This document shows positions 12,758 to 25,082 of a stretch of DNA of 64,000 bases, one piece after another. The number at the start of each line of letters is the position of its first letter. The stretch's first letter is position 1. A program made the translations under genes and the position numbers. Source of the DNA: Eledone cirrhosa (taxonomy: Eukaryota); NCBI GenBank assembly GCA_964016885.1, contig OZ024740.1:328910001-328974000 (forward strand), given 5' to 3'. The notes beneath the pieces are model-generated. The model ran no database searches and was not told the origin of the DNA. It worked only from the letters and a program-made list of their open reading frames with translations.

Positions 12758-14431
12758 ATGCAACCCCACATCACTAACACAAGAGAGGTAACACCACAGG
12801 AGCATGAGGATAGAGAAAAAGCCCTCAATGCCCATATGGTGATGTGGACGAATATAATGCAGCCCAACAAAAGGACTGCCAACAACTTCCAGGCCTGGAA
12901 CAATGACGTGCCGGCGTTGTATGGGCTTCGAAAAGACTATAAAACGGGCAATGACCCTGTCACGGGACCACCAACACGGCCAGCCTGTGGGGCTAACATT
13001 GCTAGTAACTACAGACTGTCCTACTTCCTCTCCCTGATCATACGCCCCATCATTGAAATGTCCCCAGATGTATGTGACAGCACGGAGGACCTCCTCAGCA
13101 GAATCGGCGAGAGTAACCGATCTAGGGACCTAACAAACTTCATAATAGGTAGTATGGATGTTGTGTCCCTGTATCCATCTATTGACGTGGATTTTGCTGT
13201 GGAGAAATGCGTAGGAAAGATCAGCGAGAGCAATGTTGAGTTCCGTGGGATTGATACCAGTGAGCTGGGACTCCTACTTAAACTTACCTATAGTAATAAT
13301 TACCTAGACACATATGACCTTAGCCACCTGTGCCCTACAAGACCAGCAAGTGGCAGACCACCTACCATTACCTCAATGGCCAAGAAAACCCACACGGATA
13401 GATGGAACGGGTGGACCAGAGTCATACGGACACCCAAAAACCACGATGAACTGAAGAAAATGATTGCACATGCGGTAGGGGCCAGCATAAAACTAACCCT
13501 TAAGGAACATATGTTCAAATTTAATGGAAAAACATATGCCCAAGAGGAAGGAACAGCCATTGGTGCTAGCATTGCAGGCGACATAGCTAACTTATTCAGG
13601 CTATGGTGGGACAGTAGACTTAAACTTAAACTTAAAGAACAATTAGAAGACCCCTTAACGCTGATAATGTACTCCCGCTACGTTGATGATATAAACATCG
13701 TAGTTAAGACACCGCCACTAGAGAACAGTCAGGAACTAGAGAAAAACACAATGGAAAGCATCCAGCAAATAGCAAACTCCATCCACCAGAGTATTAGAGT
13801 TACTATAGACTACCCAAGTAAACACCCTAACCATCGATTACCTGTACTAGACACAGAGCTCTGGTTAGATACCATTAATAACAAAAAACAAATCCTCTAT
13901 TCCCATTATGCCAAACCCATGACTTCCCAACATCTGATCCACCGAAACTCGGCTGTTTCGGACCATACCAAAATCAACATACTGATTGCGGATTTGGTAC
14001 GGGTGATGAGAAACGTGTCCCGCATGTGCAACCCGGAAGAACTAGAGAGACACATACAACACTTCATCCACCGTATGCAGTTCTCTGGTTACAATCAGAG
14101 AGATAAAATAAGAGTGTATAGAGGAGCCAGAACCAAATGGGAAAAAATGGTAAATAATGACACAAATGGGACCTGCCCCTTGTATAGGAGCAACATTTGG
14201 AATAGAATAGAGAGAAATAGGAATAAGGCTAATAGAATAAACTCATGGTATGATAGTAATAAATACCAGAGTGTAATGTTCATCGATACAACCCCTAGAG
14301 GTGAATTAGCTTACAAATTTAGAAGGGCCCTAGATAAACATAAACTCAATATTAAGATAGTAGAAAGACCAGGTACCTCCGTAAAAACACTTATTAGCAA
14401 GACATACCCTTTTCAAAGACCGCCCCTCTAA
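12758..14431 (+). CDS. PLE reverse transcriptase (interrupted ORF segment)
   Basis: Motifs PALYGLRKDYK, TRP, GSMDVVSLYPSI, QEEGTAIG, YSRYVDD, LPVLD, HYAKP. Confidence 0.9.
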   Translation: MQPHITNTREVTPQEHEDREKALNAHMVMWTNIMQPNKRTANNFQAWNNDVPALYGLRKDYKTGNDPVTGPPTRPACGANIASNYRLSYFLSLIIRPIIEMSPDVCDSTEDLLSRIGESNRSRDLTNFIIGSMDVVSLYPSIDVDFAVEKCVGKISESNVEFRGIDTSELGLLLKLTYSNNYLDTYDLSHLCPTRPASGRPPTITSMAKKTHTDRWNGWTRVIRTPKNHDELKKMIAHAVGASIKLTLKEHMFKFNGKTYAQEEGTAIGASIAGDIANLFRLWWDSRLKLKLKEQLEDPLTLIMYSRYVDDINIVVKTPPLENSQELEKNTMESIQQIANSIHQSIRVTIDYPSKHPNHRLPVLDTELWLDTINNKKQILYSHYAKPMTSQHLIHRNSAVSDHTKINILIADLVRVMRNVSRMCNPEELERHIQHFIHRMQFSGYNQRDKIRVYRGARTKWEKMVNNDTNGTCPLYRSNIWNRIERNRNKANRINSWYDSNKYQSVMFIDTTPRGELAYKFRRALDKHKLNIKIVERPGTSVKTLISKTYPFQRPPL

Positions 14432-14446
14432 AGATCCCCCCTGTAA

Positions 14447-14839
14447 AGACCCCCCTGTATAGATAAGAAATGTATAATCTGTAAAATAAGCCCCCATATT
14501 AACTGTAAAACTAGAAATGTAGTGTATAGCATAAGATGTACTGAAGGACAATGTAGAGACAAAAATATAGTGTACATAGGTGAGACAGCCCGTAGTGTAG
14601 GGGAACGGATAAATGAACACTGGCGAGACCTTCAAGATAGTAAAGAATCATCTGTACTCTACCAACATGCTAAAATAGAACATAAGGGTAAATTAGAGAA
14701 CATAGAAATAAAAATAGAATCTACACACAGAAAAGACGCAATGTTTAGACAAATCACAGAGGCAATAAACATAAAAGAATTACAACCAAAATTAAATAGA
14801 AAATATGAGTGGAACAGCAACATCACAACTTACAATTAA
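14447..14839 (+). CDS. GIY-YIG endonuclease with upstream Cys cluster, in frame with RT beyond two stops
   Basis: RPPCIDKKCIICKISPHINCKTRNVVYSIRC...YIGETARS. Confidence 0.8.
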   Translation, partial: RPPCIDKKCIICKISPHINCKTRNVVYSIRCTEGQCRDKNIVYIGETARSVGERINEHWRDLQDSKESSVLYQHAKIEHKGKLENIEIKIESTHRKDAMFRQITEAINIKELQPKLNRKYEWNSNITTYN

Positions 14840-15040
14840 GGACAAAAGGAAAACACGCACACACATAGAACAAACAACCAACCGGTAGCATGTAAATAAA
14901 CAAATAAATAAACAAATATAAACACACACAGACACCCGGATGTGGCGCATGCGCAGACTGAGCGCACAACACACACACATAAACAAAATGGCGTAGGACA
15001 GAACAAAGGAGAGGGACAAAAACAAAGAAAAGAATCCCCA

Positions 15041-15083
15041 GTCACTGTTGAGGTCACAGAATGTGTGACGAAAGAACTTTGAC
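15041..15083 (+). ncRNA. Minimal type I hammerhead, core mutated (A6U)
   Basis: gtca CTGTTGA g gtcaca gaatg tgtgac GAAA gaac TT tgac; mirror of 9724-9766. Confidence 0.65.
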
Positions 15084-15312
15084 AATATATAAACAACTAA
15101 CTGGTTGTGGAACCAACCAACCAACCAGAAATTTATAAATTCATAAATTCCTAAATTTATAAATTTATTATAATAAATTGAAGTGAAAGCAACTGGTGCG
15201 TGTGTTTCTTATTGGCAACATGACCCTCCCAAAGTATAACAATATGTATATATATATATATATATATATACAATATTAAATAAATGGAAACTATATTTAT
15301 AAAACCATATTT

Positions 15313-15376
15313 ATTTCATTATATATATTTCAGGGATAACATATTAACAATATGCTATGCCTTCCTCAGACAAAAT
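15313..15376 (-). ncRNA. Type I hammerhead ribozyme
   Basis: Minus strand: attttgt CTGAGGA agg-c-atagcatatt gtt aatatgttat-c-cct GAAA tatata TA atgaaat. Confidence 0.8.
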
Positions 15377-16765
15377 ACAATATAAACAGTTTTATAGATA
15401 AATAGATTCGACATACCGTAACAACATCTACTTGCATTTGAGAAGGTTGATTTGGTTGTGACAAAATTGTATACAGAGAGAAAGAAAGAGAGAGAGAAAG
15501 AGAGAAAAAGAGAGAAAAAAGGAAAGAAAGACAGAAAACGAAGAAAAAGAAAAAGAAGAAATGCATGGAACAAAATAGAGAGATGGAAAGATAGATAAAG
15601 AGAAGAACTTCATGTAAAGAAACAGAAAGATATATATATATATAGAGAGAGAGGAAATAGAGATAGATACATATATAGAAAGCTAGGTAGTGGGACGACT
15701 GTTGAATAACGTATCAATGATACATTTATTTATTTATTTATTTATTTAGCTCTAGTATTAATGTAAGGGAGATATATGGAGGGAAAACCAGCTGTTATAT
15801 AGGGAGAGAAAAAATATAGAGAGAGAGAAAAAGAGAGAGAGAAAATTCAAAAATATCCAGACACAGGCGAGGCGTACAAACCTCTGTTTTAATGTAGAGG
15901 TATTAGTATTTACAAAACCAGCCTCTGCATTGTAAATATCAGTATTCCTGAATGAGATATGTATCCACAATGTGTGAAAATTAATGATCTTATGTTTAGT
16001 TTTTAACAAATTCATATGTTTATGTGATAATTACAAACATCTATGTGAATGTACATGATCAATTCTGCAAACCCTAAGTTCACGGAAAGTATTCTCAATG
16101 CGGTATAAAAATTTAAGTATACATATATGTGTATATAGAGTCAATATTACTATTTCTGTCTCTACTCTACAAGATTATCTATCAAGCAAAGATAGAGCAG
16201 ATTTCAATATACTAATAAAAATAAAAATAAAAATATATCGGAAACAAAACTAAACTAAAAATAACAATAATAATAATAAATAATAATAAAATAGAAAACT
16301 AAGAAATATTACGAAAGAATATTACATATTAAAAATATTACATATTAAAAAATTTACATATTAAAAATATTAAAAAATAAAAATTAGGAAATACTACAGT
16401 AATAAAAATAAAATAAACCACAAAGATCAACCCTTCAAAATTAATTGACAATATATTGCCAGGTTCATTATAAACATCAGAGTCGAAAAACAGATAAAGC
16501 CAAAAATTATCTATCAAATCGCATCTAGCAAAGATCATTTCAAAAAGTATAGGATGCCCAATTTGGTCTACATGTGTTCTTATATTTAATATAGAAGTTT
16601 ATCTAGTGTAACGTTTATTCGAAATATTTGGAGCATCAACTTTTAGGATAGCTTAATTTTTCATGAAGAATGTTTAAATAAATAAAATAAAAATAAAAAG
16701 AGTAAAAAGAGAATCAAAGATTTATCGGCTAGTTTCCCATATAATTATAAATCAAACTAAATATA

Positions 16766-17851
16766 CTACATTTTAAATTTAAATTTATATTTAAACGTTG
16801 AGTTTAATCTATGTTTGCAACAACTGAATAAATTTGTCCGTAGATTAAGGGAATTTTTAGATTTTAGTATAAAGAATATCTCCTCTGCGCAGAGGTCACA
16901 TGTCTCAGAGGATGAATTAAAAGGAATCCCTCTTGAGACTATATTCCAAGCCGTCGAATATCTAACGTTATCTAGCTTAAGTTGCCATAGTACGCCTGAT
17001 AGTGCCGTTGAAGATTTTTTACTTGGATCTGTGAAAGAATTCTTGTGGTTATTATAGCGAAGTTTAAATTCCGTCGATGTGGAACCGACGTAGTTAAAAG
17101 AATTAGAGTCAGTATTAACATTACAATTGTATACTATATTTTTAACTAAGCAGTTGTTATTTAACGGACATTTAGATCTATCTCTACAGTTACATTTGTT
17201 AACTTGTATATTATTTATGCTGTTATCACTAGGTTTTAAGTTCCTATTATTTATTCTATTGATATTTTGTGCTAAATTTTTGGTGGATGAGTAGGTTAAT
17301 TTAATTGTATGTCTATTGAAAATTGAGTGATATCTATGTGTTCTAGGGAAGCGATTATCAAGAGCTTTAAAAAATAGTTTAGCGATGTGGGTTTTAATGT
17401 TTAGTGAGAAAGGGGGGGCAAACCAAATTATGTTCCTAGTTCTATTTCTTTTTTGGCCTTTGGAATTATTGTAATGCTTTCTATTATAGTTGTTAAAGAT
17501 GTTGCCGTAATTAAAAAAGTTGTTACTTTGTTTAGTTTGTCTATCATTATCTATGTACACAATCTTATCAGCATATCCTGCTCTAGCTAATGCTTCATTG
17601 TAGTATTGGGCTTTTTCGTCGAAAATCTTTCTATTCGACGAGATCCTAGAGATACGTTTTTGGACAGAGTTTACTATAGTGTTTTTGACAGATCTGGGGT
17701 GGTTAGAGTTAAAGTTTACATAGTTTAAGTTTTCATTCAACTTGTGAAAAGGATAGTGAAGACATGTGTTGAGATTTAATGTTATATCTAGGAAATTGAC
17801 TAGTCTATGGTTGTTTTCAATTTCTATTTTAAGATTAAAGTAATTAAACAA
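16766..17851 (-). CDS. PLE RT thumb + GIY-YIG (5' truncated)
   Basis: VNFLDITLNL, SNHP, WFAPPFS, CNCRDRSKCPLNNNC, IVY..YVGST..FKLRYNNH, CDLC, CKH. Confidence 0.85.
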   Translation of the reverse strand: MFNYFNLKIEIENNHRLVNFLDITLNLNTCLHYPFHKLNENLNYVNFNSNHPRSVKNTIVNSVQKRISRISSNRKIFDEKAQYYNEALARAGYADKIVYIDNDRQTKQSNNFFNYGNIFNNYNRKHYNNSKGQKRNRTRNIIWFAPPFSLNIKTHIAKLFFKALDNRFPRTHRYHSIFNRHTIKLTYSSTKNLAQNINRINNRNLKPSDNSINNIQVNKCNCRDRSKCPLNNNCLVKNIVYNCNVNTDSNSFNYVGSTSTEFKLRYNNHKNSFTDPSKKSSTALSGVLWQLKLDNVRYSTAWNIVSRGIPFNSSSETCDLCAEEIFFILKSKNSLNLRTNLFSCCKHRLNSTFKYKFKFKM

Positions 17852-17892
17852 TTGTGTAATTTGTTTACATTTTCTATTTAGTTCAGAGTTAT

Positions 17893-17923
<31 letters not shown>

Positions 17924-18699
17924 TAAAATAACAGATTAAAGTTTAAGCAAAGAATCGCTGCTTCAAATTTATTATTATTATAGTCTTCAAATTTATTATT
18001 ATTACTATATATATATATATAAAAACAACTATCAAAAGATTTTATATTTTATATAATATATAGTCCATAATTGTATCTATTTAAATATTATTTTAAAATA
18101 TTTTTTGAATATAACCAATGAAATGGAAAAAGAAACCTCAATATTAATACCCACAACACATCTCTATTACCAGAACAATTATCACTTTACATCCACCATA
18201 AACTCACATAGAAACTGTTTTAAATATAATTATCTCGCTACTTAATACTACATAACATTTTTTGTACTACACAACAGCTTTACTTCTGCTTGGATTGCTT
18301 ATTTAATTACTTATCTGATCCACTCTCAATGCATGCATCAACGAAACTTCACACTTTTCACCTTATATTCTAACTATGCATTCCTGACTGCTTAATATCT
18401 TCAACTTATTACACCTACATTTTGTGATGCTGTATATGCTTAATACCTTTGCTTTATTTACCATATTATTCTGTATATGCTCAATACGCCTGCTTTCTTA
18501 CTGTCTATATGCCTATGTACCACTAATGTCCTCATTTGCGAGTAAACCTCTTTTATACGCTTTATTATACCCATTGCTATATACCACAACCTCTTCACTG
18601 TCTTTGAATATTACACTATTGATAGCAACAATAATATCAATGTATCTTTATGATTGTTCTGTAGAATAGGAATTTAATTATGTGTTTAAACTTTGCCAG

Positions 18700-18746
18700 T
18701 GCTCCGATGATACCAAACGGGTGTTTGGAAGAAACGATTGTCAGCA
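18700..18746 (+). ncRNA. Type I hammerhead, U4C variant, at the end of a solo pLTR-like segment (~18020-18790)
   Basis: tgct CCGATGA ta-ccaaac gggt gtttgg-aa GAAA cgattg TC agca, then AATAAA. Confidence 0.7.
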
Positions 18747-18799
18747 ATAAAATGTATTAAAAATAGATTTGATTGTTCTGTACTTTATATATATATATA

Positions 18800-20170
18800 T
18801 AAATCAAGAAAGAAGAATGACATGGTTTGCTATACAATAAGGGCTTTATTCATATTGCTGACAATTGTTTCTCTGAACTGGTAGGTCTAGAGATCGCTAT
18901 CCGCCTCTTTTGGGGTCAATCGATCACCAATACTTTGTTATAACCAGTCTATTCATCAGGCATGGCTTCTATATATAGTAGTGACATTAAATCAGAACAA
19001 TAATAACGATACTCAAATAAATTAGCTAGATAGTAAATAGTTAGAATAATCACACCATCAATCTAAATAAGAAATAGAGTATACTGATGACTTTAGCATG
19101 TAAAACGAGCTGATACGAAACAGATGTATGAAATTGACATGTAAAAGTTGTCATGGGGTATATTATATATAGTGTAGAGATAACCTGGGGCTTGAAATAA
19201 TGGACCATTTACTTTACTGTAGGTTTGTTGACCGTAAGATTTATTTATTATCTGACAGATAAAATATTTTCATTGTAGTGAGCATGGTAATCTTTATTGG
19301 TGTAAAGCGGATTCATTATTTAAGTGATCTATATTAGATGAAGGGATTGTTAGTTCGAATCATGGGGGTTGTTTAGCTTTCACAGCATCAATAACAAATC
19401 ATGCATGAATAAGACAACAACAAAATAGGCAATAAGGTAATACATAGGTTAAGAAAGCAAGGTATATATATAGAGAACATGATGAATGCTATTACGGATA
19501 CATTGGGGTGTTCATTATAACAACAGGAGGAAGGTGATATTTCAAGGACTGTGGTAGTAGTCAAATAATGTACTTAGAATTAGGTTCATCTGTTAAAAAT
19601 CAAGAGTGAGGAGTTGGTGTTGACAGCAGCCGAGAAGAGATATATTTATGGGTTGATAAGGTATTTGCAGACATTACTGTGGTATAGAATTAATCAGGCT
19701 AGAAGCTGTTTAAAGAATAGTTCTGTGGTGGTCTGTGTGAGAGTGCGGATTTCATATGTTGAATGCTAAGTTATGTTGGTTCGAATTACTGTGGCTTAAA
19801 TCTTGTGAATTTAGTAGCGATCCTGTGTCTGCAGAAAATTGACCTTTCTATCTTGTTGTTGAGTAGCCTTTTTTCGTTCCTAAGGATATACAGAAATTCA
19901 AGGTCGCAGAGCCTACAATAGGACATACCGGTACTATATGCCCTTGGGGCCGACAACCTCGACCAGTTGATATTGTAGTCGATGTTTTTGTCCTTAAGTT
20001 CCCAGATTTTTTTGGCGAGGGTTGTAGAACCTATTAGTGCACTGTTCTTCATCGAATGTCTGTGCACATACCATCTTTTTTTTAAAGTACGCTCGGTGGA
20101 TCCAATATAATGCCAAGTGGAGTTGCCCGAGTTCACCGTACACATGTACACTAGACTTAGATCAAGGAAC
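18800..20170 (-). mobile_element. PLE 3' fragment (GIY-YIG + 3' UTR + HHR)
   Basis: ORF 19786-20202: LVYMCTV..HYIGSTERTLKKRWYVH..CRLC..FCRH. Confidence 0.8.
18856..18963 (-). ncRNA. Type I hammerhead with large stem II insertion
   Basis: Minus strand: tgc CTGATGA atagactgg [~60 nt] ccagttcaga GAAA caattg TC agca. Confidence 0.65.
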
Positions 20171-20199
20171 CTGTTCGATCCATAATTAAATCCATAGCA

Positions 20200-22032
20200 C
20201 ATAGAATATCCCTCAGAATATCCCGCCTATCTTGGAACCTAGAAATTTTTAACGAACACGCAAACTGTTATAACATAACTTTACATAAGGCTGGGCATAA
20301 GGAGAAGCTGGAATACATACTAGATAGAGACAATATCAGCAACCTAACGACAACAGCACTACCCGCTCATATAACGAGCATAGAACTAAGCATAGAAATA
20401 GACAACAAGCACCCAATATAACTGAACCGAACACTAATATAAGGACCCCAAAAACTATAGAAGATCTAGAGATAGAAAGTACCTATGGTTCAATCCAATA
20501 TTCAACTCCTCTATAAAAACTAAACTACCTTCTACATTTTTTTACACAAATACCATAGAATCTTTAATAGAAAAACTATAAAACTATCCCACTCTACTGC
20601 AGTCAACTTAGATTCACACATACGTAAAATCAACCACAAAAATATCTCTAAAGAAATTAACCTACCAACATACACCATAGCACCAAATACAAAACCCAAA
20701 TACATAACAACATCACAACCACAAACACATCAGAACGCATCACAACAAAACACTAATAGGCCTAAATCACAACCCACCCACAACAACTTACAAAACCGCA
20801 ACGGTGAACCTGCACACAGAAAAACCTCAAATTGTAATTGCCACATCCGGATAAGTGCCCACTACAGAATAGATGCCTGGATTCGAGTATGGTATACCTG
20901 TGTACTGTAGATTCAGGCAACTCTACTTGACACTACGTAGGTTCCAGGGCTGGGGAGTTCAAGAAAAGGTGGTACGTCCACAGACCCTCCATGAAGAACC
21001 GTAGACTGGAGAACTTTACGACGCTCGCCAATAAAATCTAGCAGCTTAAAAACAATAACTTAGAATATAAGATTAGCTGGTCAAAATTATCGGTAGCAAG
21101 AGCCTACTGCAACGGAATGTCCCACTGCGGACTTTGTAATTTAGAACTACTCCATATTTTAAGGTACGATGGGATACTGCTTAACAGCAAAATAGAAAGA
21201 TCAATTTTCTGTAGGCATAAAATAGCTACCAGATTCACAAACTTCAAATCACCATGATTTGAACCAGCAATCCCAAATTTAGAACCGAGCCACCAGCATA
21301 TAGAATATACACCATCGCACTGCTATTAGCTGTCAAACGGCCAACTGGTCACTGGATCATAAATCTCTGAACATCTCTTTCACCCTCTCTCCCCGAAACA
21401 GCATCAACCCAATTAAGATTGAACAATCAGCAAAACATTTACAACAAACGTTTGTCAAACGTCCCTTCACCCCTAGCCCGTAAATCTCAATTAAAGTCTA
21501 ATTTATTGATTATCCTTTTTTCTTTTATCTGTCACTACCCTCTACGCGTATCTATGTATATCTCGAATCTGATTTTTCATGTTAGCACTAAACCCACCAA
21601 GGAATCCTTATAAGAACACTTATTCACCACTACTACAAACATACTCTGTACTTACATGCTCTCACTTATCCTTATTTATTTCTTTATATTTTCCATTTTC
21701 TCATTTTCTTACTTTTTTAATGTATCCTATCTTATCTGGTACTTTTTACTTTTTACATCTGTAACTTCTCTACCTATTTACCATATATGTTTTATTATTG
21801 ATGTTATTGTTTTGATTATACGCTATTCTTCTATATATGTCTTGCCTCGAGTGAATTATTTTTATATCTACGTACTCTGGTGTGTTGACCAGAGGTAAAT
21901 AATGTATTGGAGATCGAGTGACACAACTTCAAGCGATTAGCGACCTTTAGACTCACCTGATCAACGAAACAATTGTCAGTACTTTAAATAAAGGCCCTTA
22001 TTGTACAGCCAACCATGTTACTCTTCATTCTG

Positions 22033-22037
<5 letters not shown>
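20200..22037 (+). mobile_element. Degenerate PLE 3' half (RT thumb, GIY-YIG, 3' UTR, HHR)
   Basis: Broken peptides LRISRLS, LWFNPIFN, HKYHRIFNRKTIKLSHS, CPLQNRC, YVGS..FKKRWYVH, CGLC, FCRH. Confidence 0.8.
21872..21982 (+). ncRNA. Degenerate hammerhead with large stem II insertion
   Basis: gtact CTGGTGT gttgaccag [~65 nt] ctgatcaac GAAA caattg TC agtac; homologous to 18856-18963. Confidence 0.6.
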
Positions 22038-22089
<52 letters not shown>

Positions 22090-23472
22090 ATAATAATAAA
22101 TTTGAAGACTAAAATCCAAAGAGGGCTCGATAAGCGCTTCTTTGCTTAATCTTTAATCTGATATTTTAATATTGTATAAATATAACATACATAGACATAT
22201 ATACACACACAGACAAACACAAATAAGACAGATACAAAAAGAGAATGGGGAAAAAAAACAAGGTTAAGTAGTTAAATAATTCATTGATGATCGTATTAGA
22301 TAGCAAAATTGATAACAAACAAATTCTTGATTATGCAGAAATATTTTCGTAGCAATGTTTAAATCAACACACACACAAACTGTATATGAGGTCTATAGCA
22401 GATATATTAAATTACGCATAAATGAATATAACTGTTACTGAAAAGAATTTTATAAAATATAAATAATTGAAATTTTGTAAAAATATATTTTGTCATCTTT
22501 CCTGTGTGGGTTTGTGTCTATGTGTCTACCCTATATAGCCATTTAGAGTTATTTTCAATGTAATATATTTTAGGCCATTCATTTACATCTATATATATTA
22601 CCATTGCAACATTTTTATTAGCTTTCATTTTTTTCTATTTGTCGGTTACTTTGATAGTCTAACATTCCTCAGCGTAAATGTGTTTCTATTTATTTACTCG
22701 GTTTTTTAGATGTTATATTTTATTTGGATATTTACATTTGGATATTTTGGGCGCTTGATCATTGAAAGGATTAAGGCCATTATCTGAGTCAACGTTTTCC
22801 TTTTATCCGTTTATTGAACTGGCTTTACGCAAACTTATTTCAATATTTTACCACACAAAATTACTATTAACACTCACAGCCATGTTAAAGAAATATATTT
22901 CTTTCTTTTTTCTGTTGGTTGTCTATGAAGATGAAAAATATAAAATAAAATCAGAAAAGAATGAAAAAAAAAAAGCTAAGGTCATTGATGCAAATGAAAA
23001 TGATGTGATGTTAGCACAATCAGGGAAAATTCGAAGTGGAAAAAAAGAAACGAGCTATTTTAATGGCTGCCAATGAAAATAAAAATTGTGTTGGTTGAAG
23101 TTGATATTTTATGTCGGTCCTGGTTAACAGTAGAGAGGGAAAGAGAGAAAAAAAAAACGCTAATAAATATTCTGTCACCGCCTAAAAAATACTCTTTTCG
23201 TGTGGAGATTGATAATACATGACATGACGTGTAGAATAGTATCCAATTTGGTGCTAACGAGATCATGGCAGTTTCTCAGGCCTTTCATTTACCTTCATTT
23301 ATTTTGAATATCACTAAAGCAGTGAACGATATGTTCCAGTTCACCTCTGACTCATTGTTTCGCATGTGCCAACCTTCAGCTGTGTTTTCTTAAATCCTCA
23401 TCGTTAGAATATGATTTGTTGATGCTAGCATCAAATAAATATATTTAAATGGACATCACATTTCCTAATTCA

Positions 23473-23567
<95 letters not shown>

Positions 23568-23856
23568 CATATATGTACGTATATATATGTGTGTATATAT
23601 ATATATATATATAATGACTGGAATAATTATGCTACTCAGATTCCCCATTTGAACTGCGTATAGCAACATAGCAACACATATGTACAAAATACACCTCGTT
23701 TAATTATTATGCCACCATTTCATTAAGAAATCATTATTATCAAGAAGAAAGCATGTTGCTAGTATCCTCGGGCAGTAAAAAATATTTTAAGCGTGTTCAC
23801 CCGGCTACCATATAACGTCTAGGTGGGCTTGAAATGTTCTCTCCACTTACATTAAA

Positions 23857-24210
23857 TAATTGTTTCTACTTTTGGCACAAGGCCAGCAATCATTCCAGTG
23901 CATTGCTGATGTTTTTTTTAAAGACCTCGTAAGGATAAAAGGCAAAATTAACCTTTGAACTCAGAACGTAAAGGGCCATAACTTCCATTGAATAATGATT
24001 TCTACTATAGGGATAAGGCCAGTAATTTAGGGGGAGGGGAAAGTCGGTTAAATCGACACCAGTACGTTACTGGTTCTTTATTTTATCGACCACGTAAGGA
24101 TGAAAGGCAAAGTTAACCTCGGTGGGATTGAATTCAGACCGTAAACGACCGTAACTTCCATTAAATAATTGTTTCTACTTCCATTAAATAATTGTTTCTA
24201 CTTTTTGGCA
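23857..24210 (-). mobile_element. Two to three tandem partial SINE copies
   Basis: Repeated ttgtttctact...gtaaggatgaaaggcaaagttaacct. Confidence 0.75.
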
Positions 24211-24956
24211 CAATTCCATTAAATAATGAAATGAAATAATTCATCTATATGTTATATACATTGAACAAACATTATATTTTATATAAATTGAAATTATAAT
24301 CATAGGATGTTTATATGAATAATGTAATGTTCTACTTTCTTCTGTTTTCCCGGTTACAGAATATAAAATAAAAGTCATAATTTATTATCTGAAAATATTC
24401 CATACTTTGATTGTATACAGAATATTGTAATAGCAAAAATATTCAAATGAAAGCTCGTAATTTGAACGACTTTCATCCTTTGCAGAAATGTCCATCCCTT
24501 GCATACATCACTATTATTGTCACAAAACAGTGATAGGAGGACTGAATAGCTGATTATTATATTCGTAATCACAAACTTTATTACTATATCTATTTGCATA
24601 AAATGTTCCGTCGGTTCAATATATACAAGATATATAGGAACTATTTTATTTAATAAATCGTAAAATTTGAGCGATACAATATTTCAAGATTGCCGCTGGC
24701 AATAGCTGGAAGCGAGTTGTTCGAGTTTAACAGACAGAACAGACAGGGCAGAAAAACAGGTATGGTGCTACAAATACTAACACACACATATATATATATA
24801 TATTGAAAATAAATAGGGGAATATTTTTCCTTTATATAGATCTTAAGATTTGTTGAATAAATATAAAAAAATATATTATAACACAAAGTTTTCAAATCAA
24901 TATATTTGCACATACACATACACATACATAAGTTTCAGCCTTACGTGCGCATTAAC

Positions 24957-25082
<126 letters not shown>

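Larger units (their letters stand above)
11930..15245 (+). mobile_element. Penelope-like retroelement (tentatively Naiad-like), nearly intact
   Basis: One reading frame 12113-14839 broken only by TAG at 12752 and two TAA at 14429 and 14444; RT plus C-terminal GIY-YIG; HHR in the 3' region; ends at (TA)n. Confidence 0.9.
15270..17892 (-). mobile_element. 5'-truncated Penelope-like element (tentatively Hydra-clade-like) with long 3' UTR
   Basis: ORF 16766-17851 plus about 1.4 kb of UTR ending in an HHR; (TA)n at both ends. Confidence 0.8.

Noticed and set aside
12476-13351. Segment missing from the inverted copy considered as a spliced intron
   Set aside because: The junction cgacgaggcagacc does not match any exact GT-AG removal.
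22092-22145. ttgaaga...gataagcgcttc, with a related inverted sequence at 17920-17995
   Set aside because: Possibly a very decayed HHR, but both core boxes are mutated and stems are poor.
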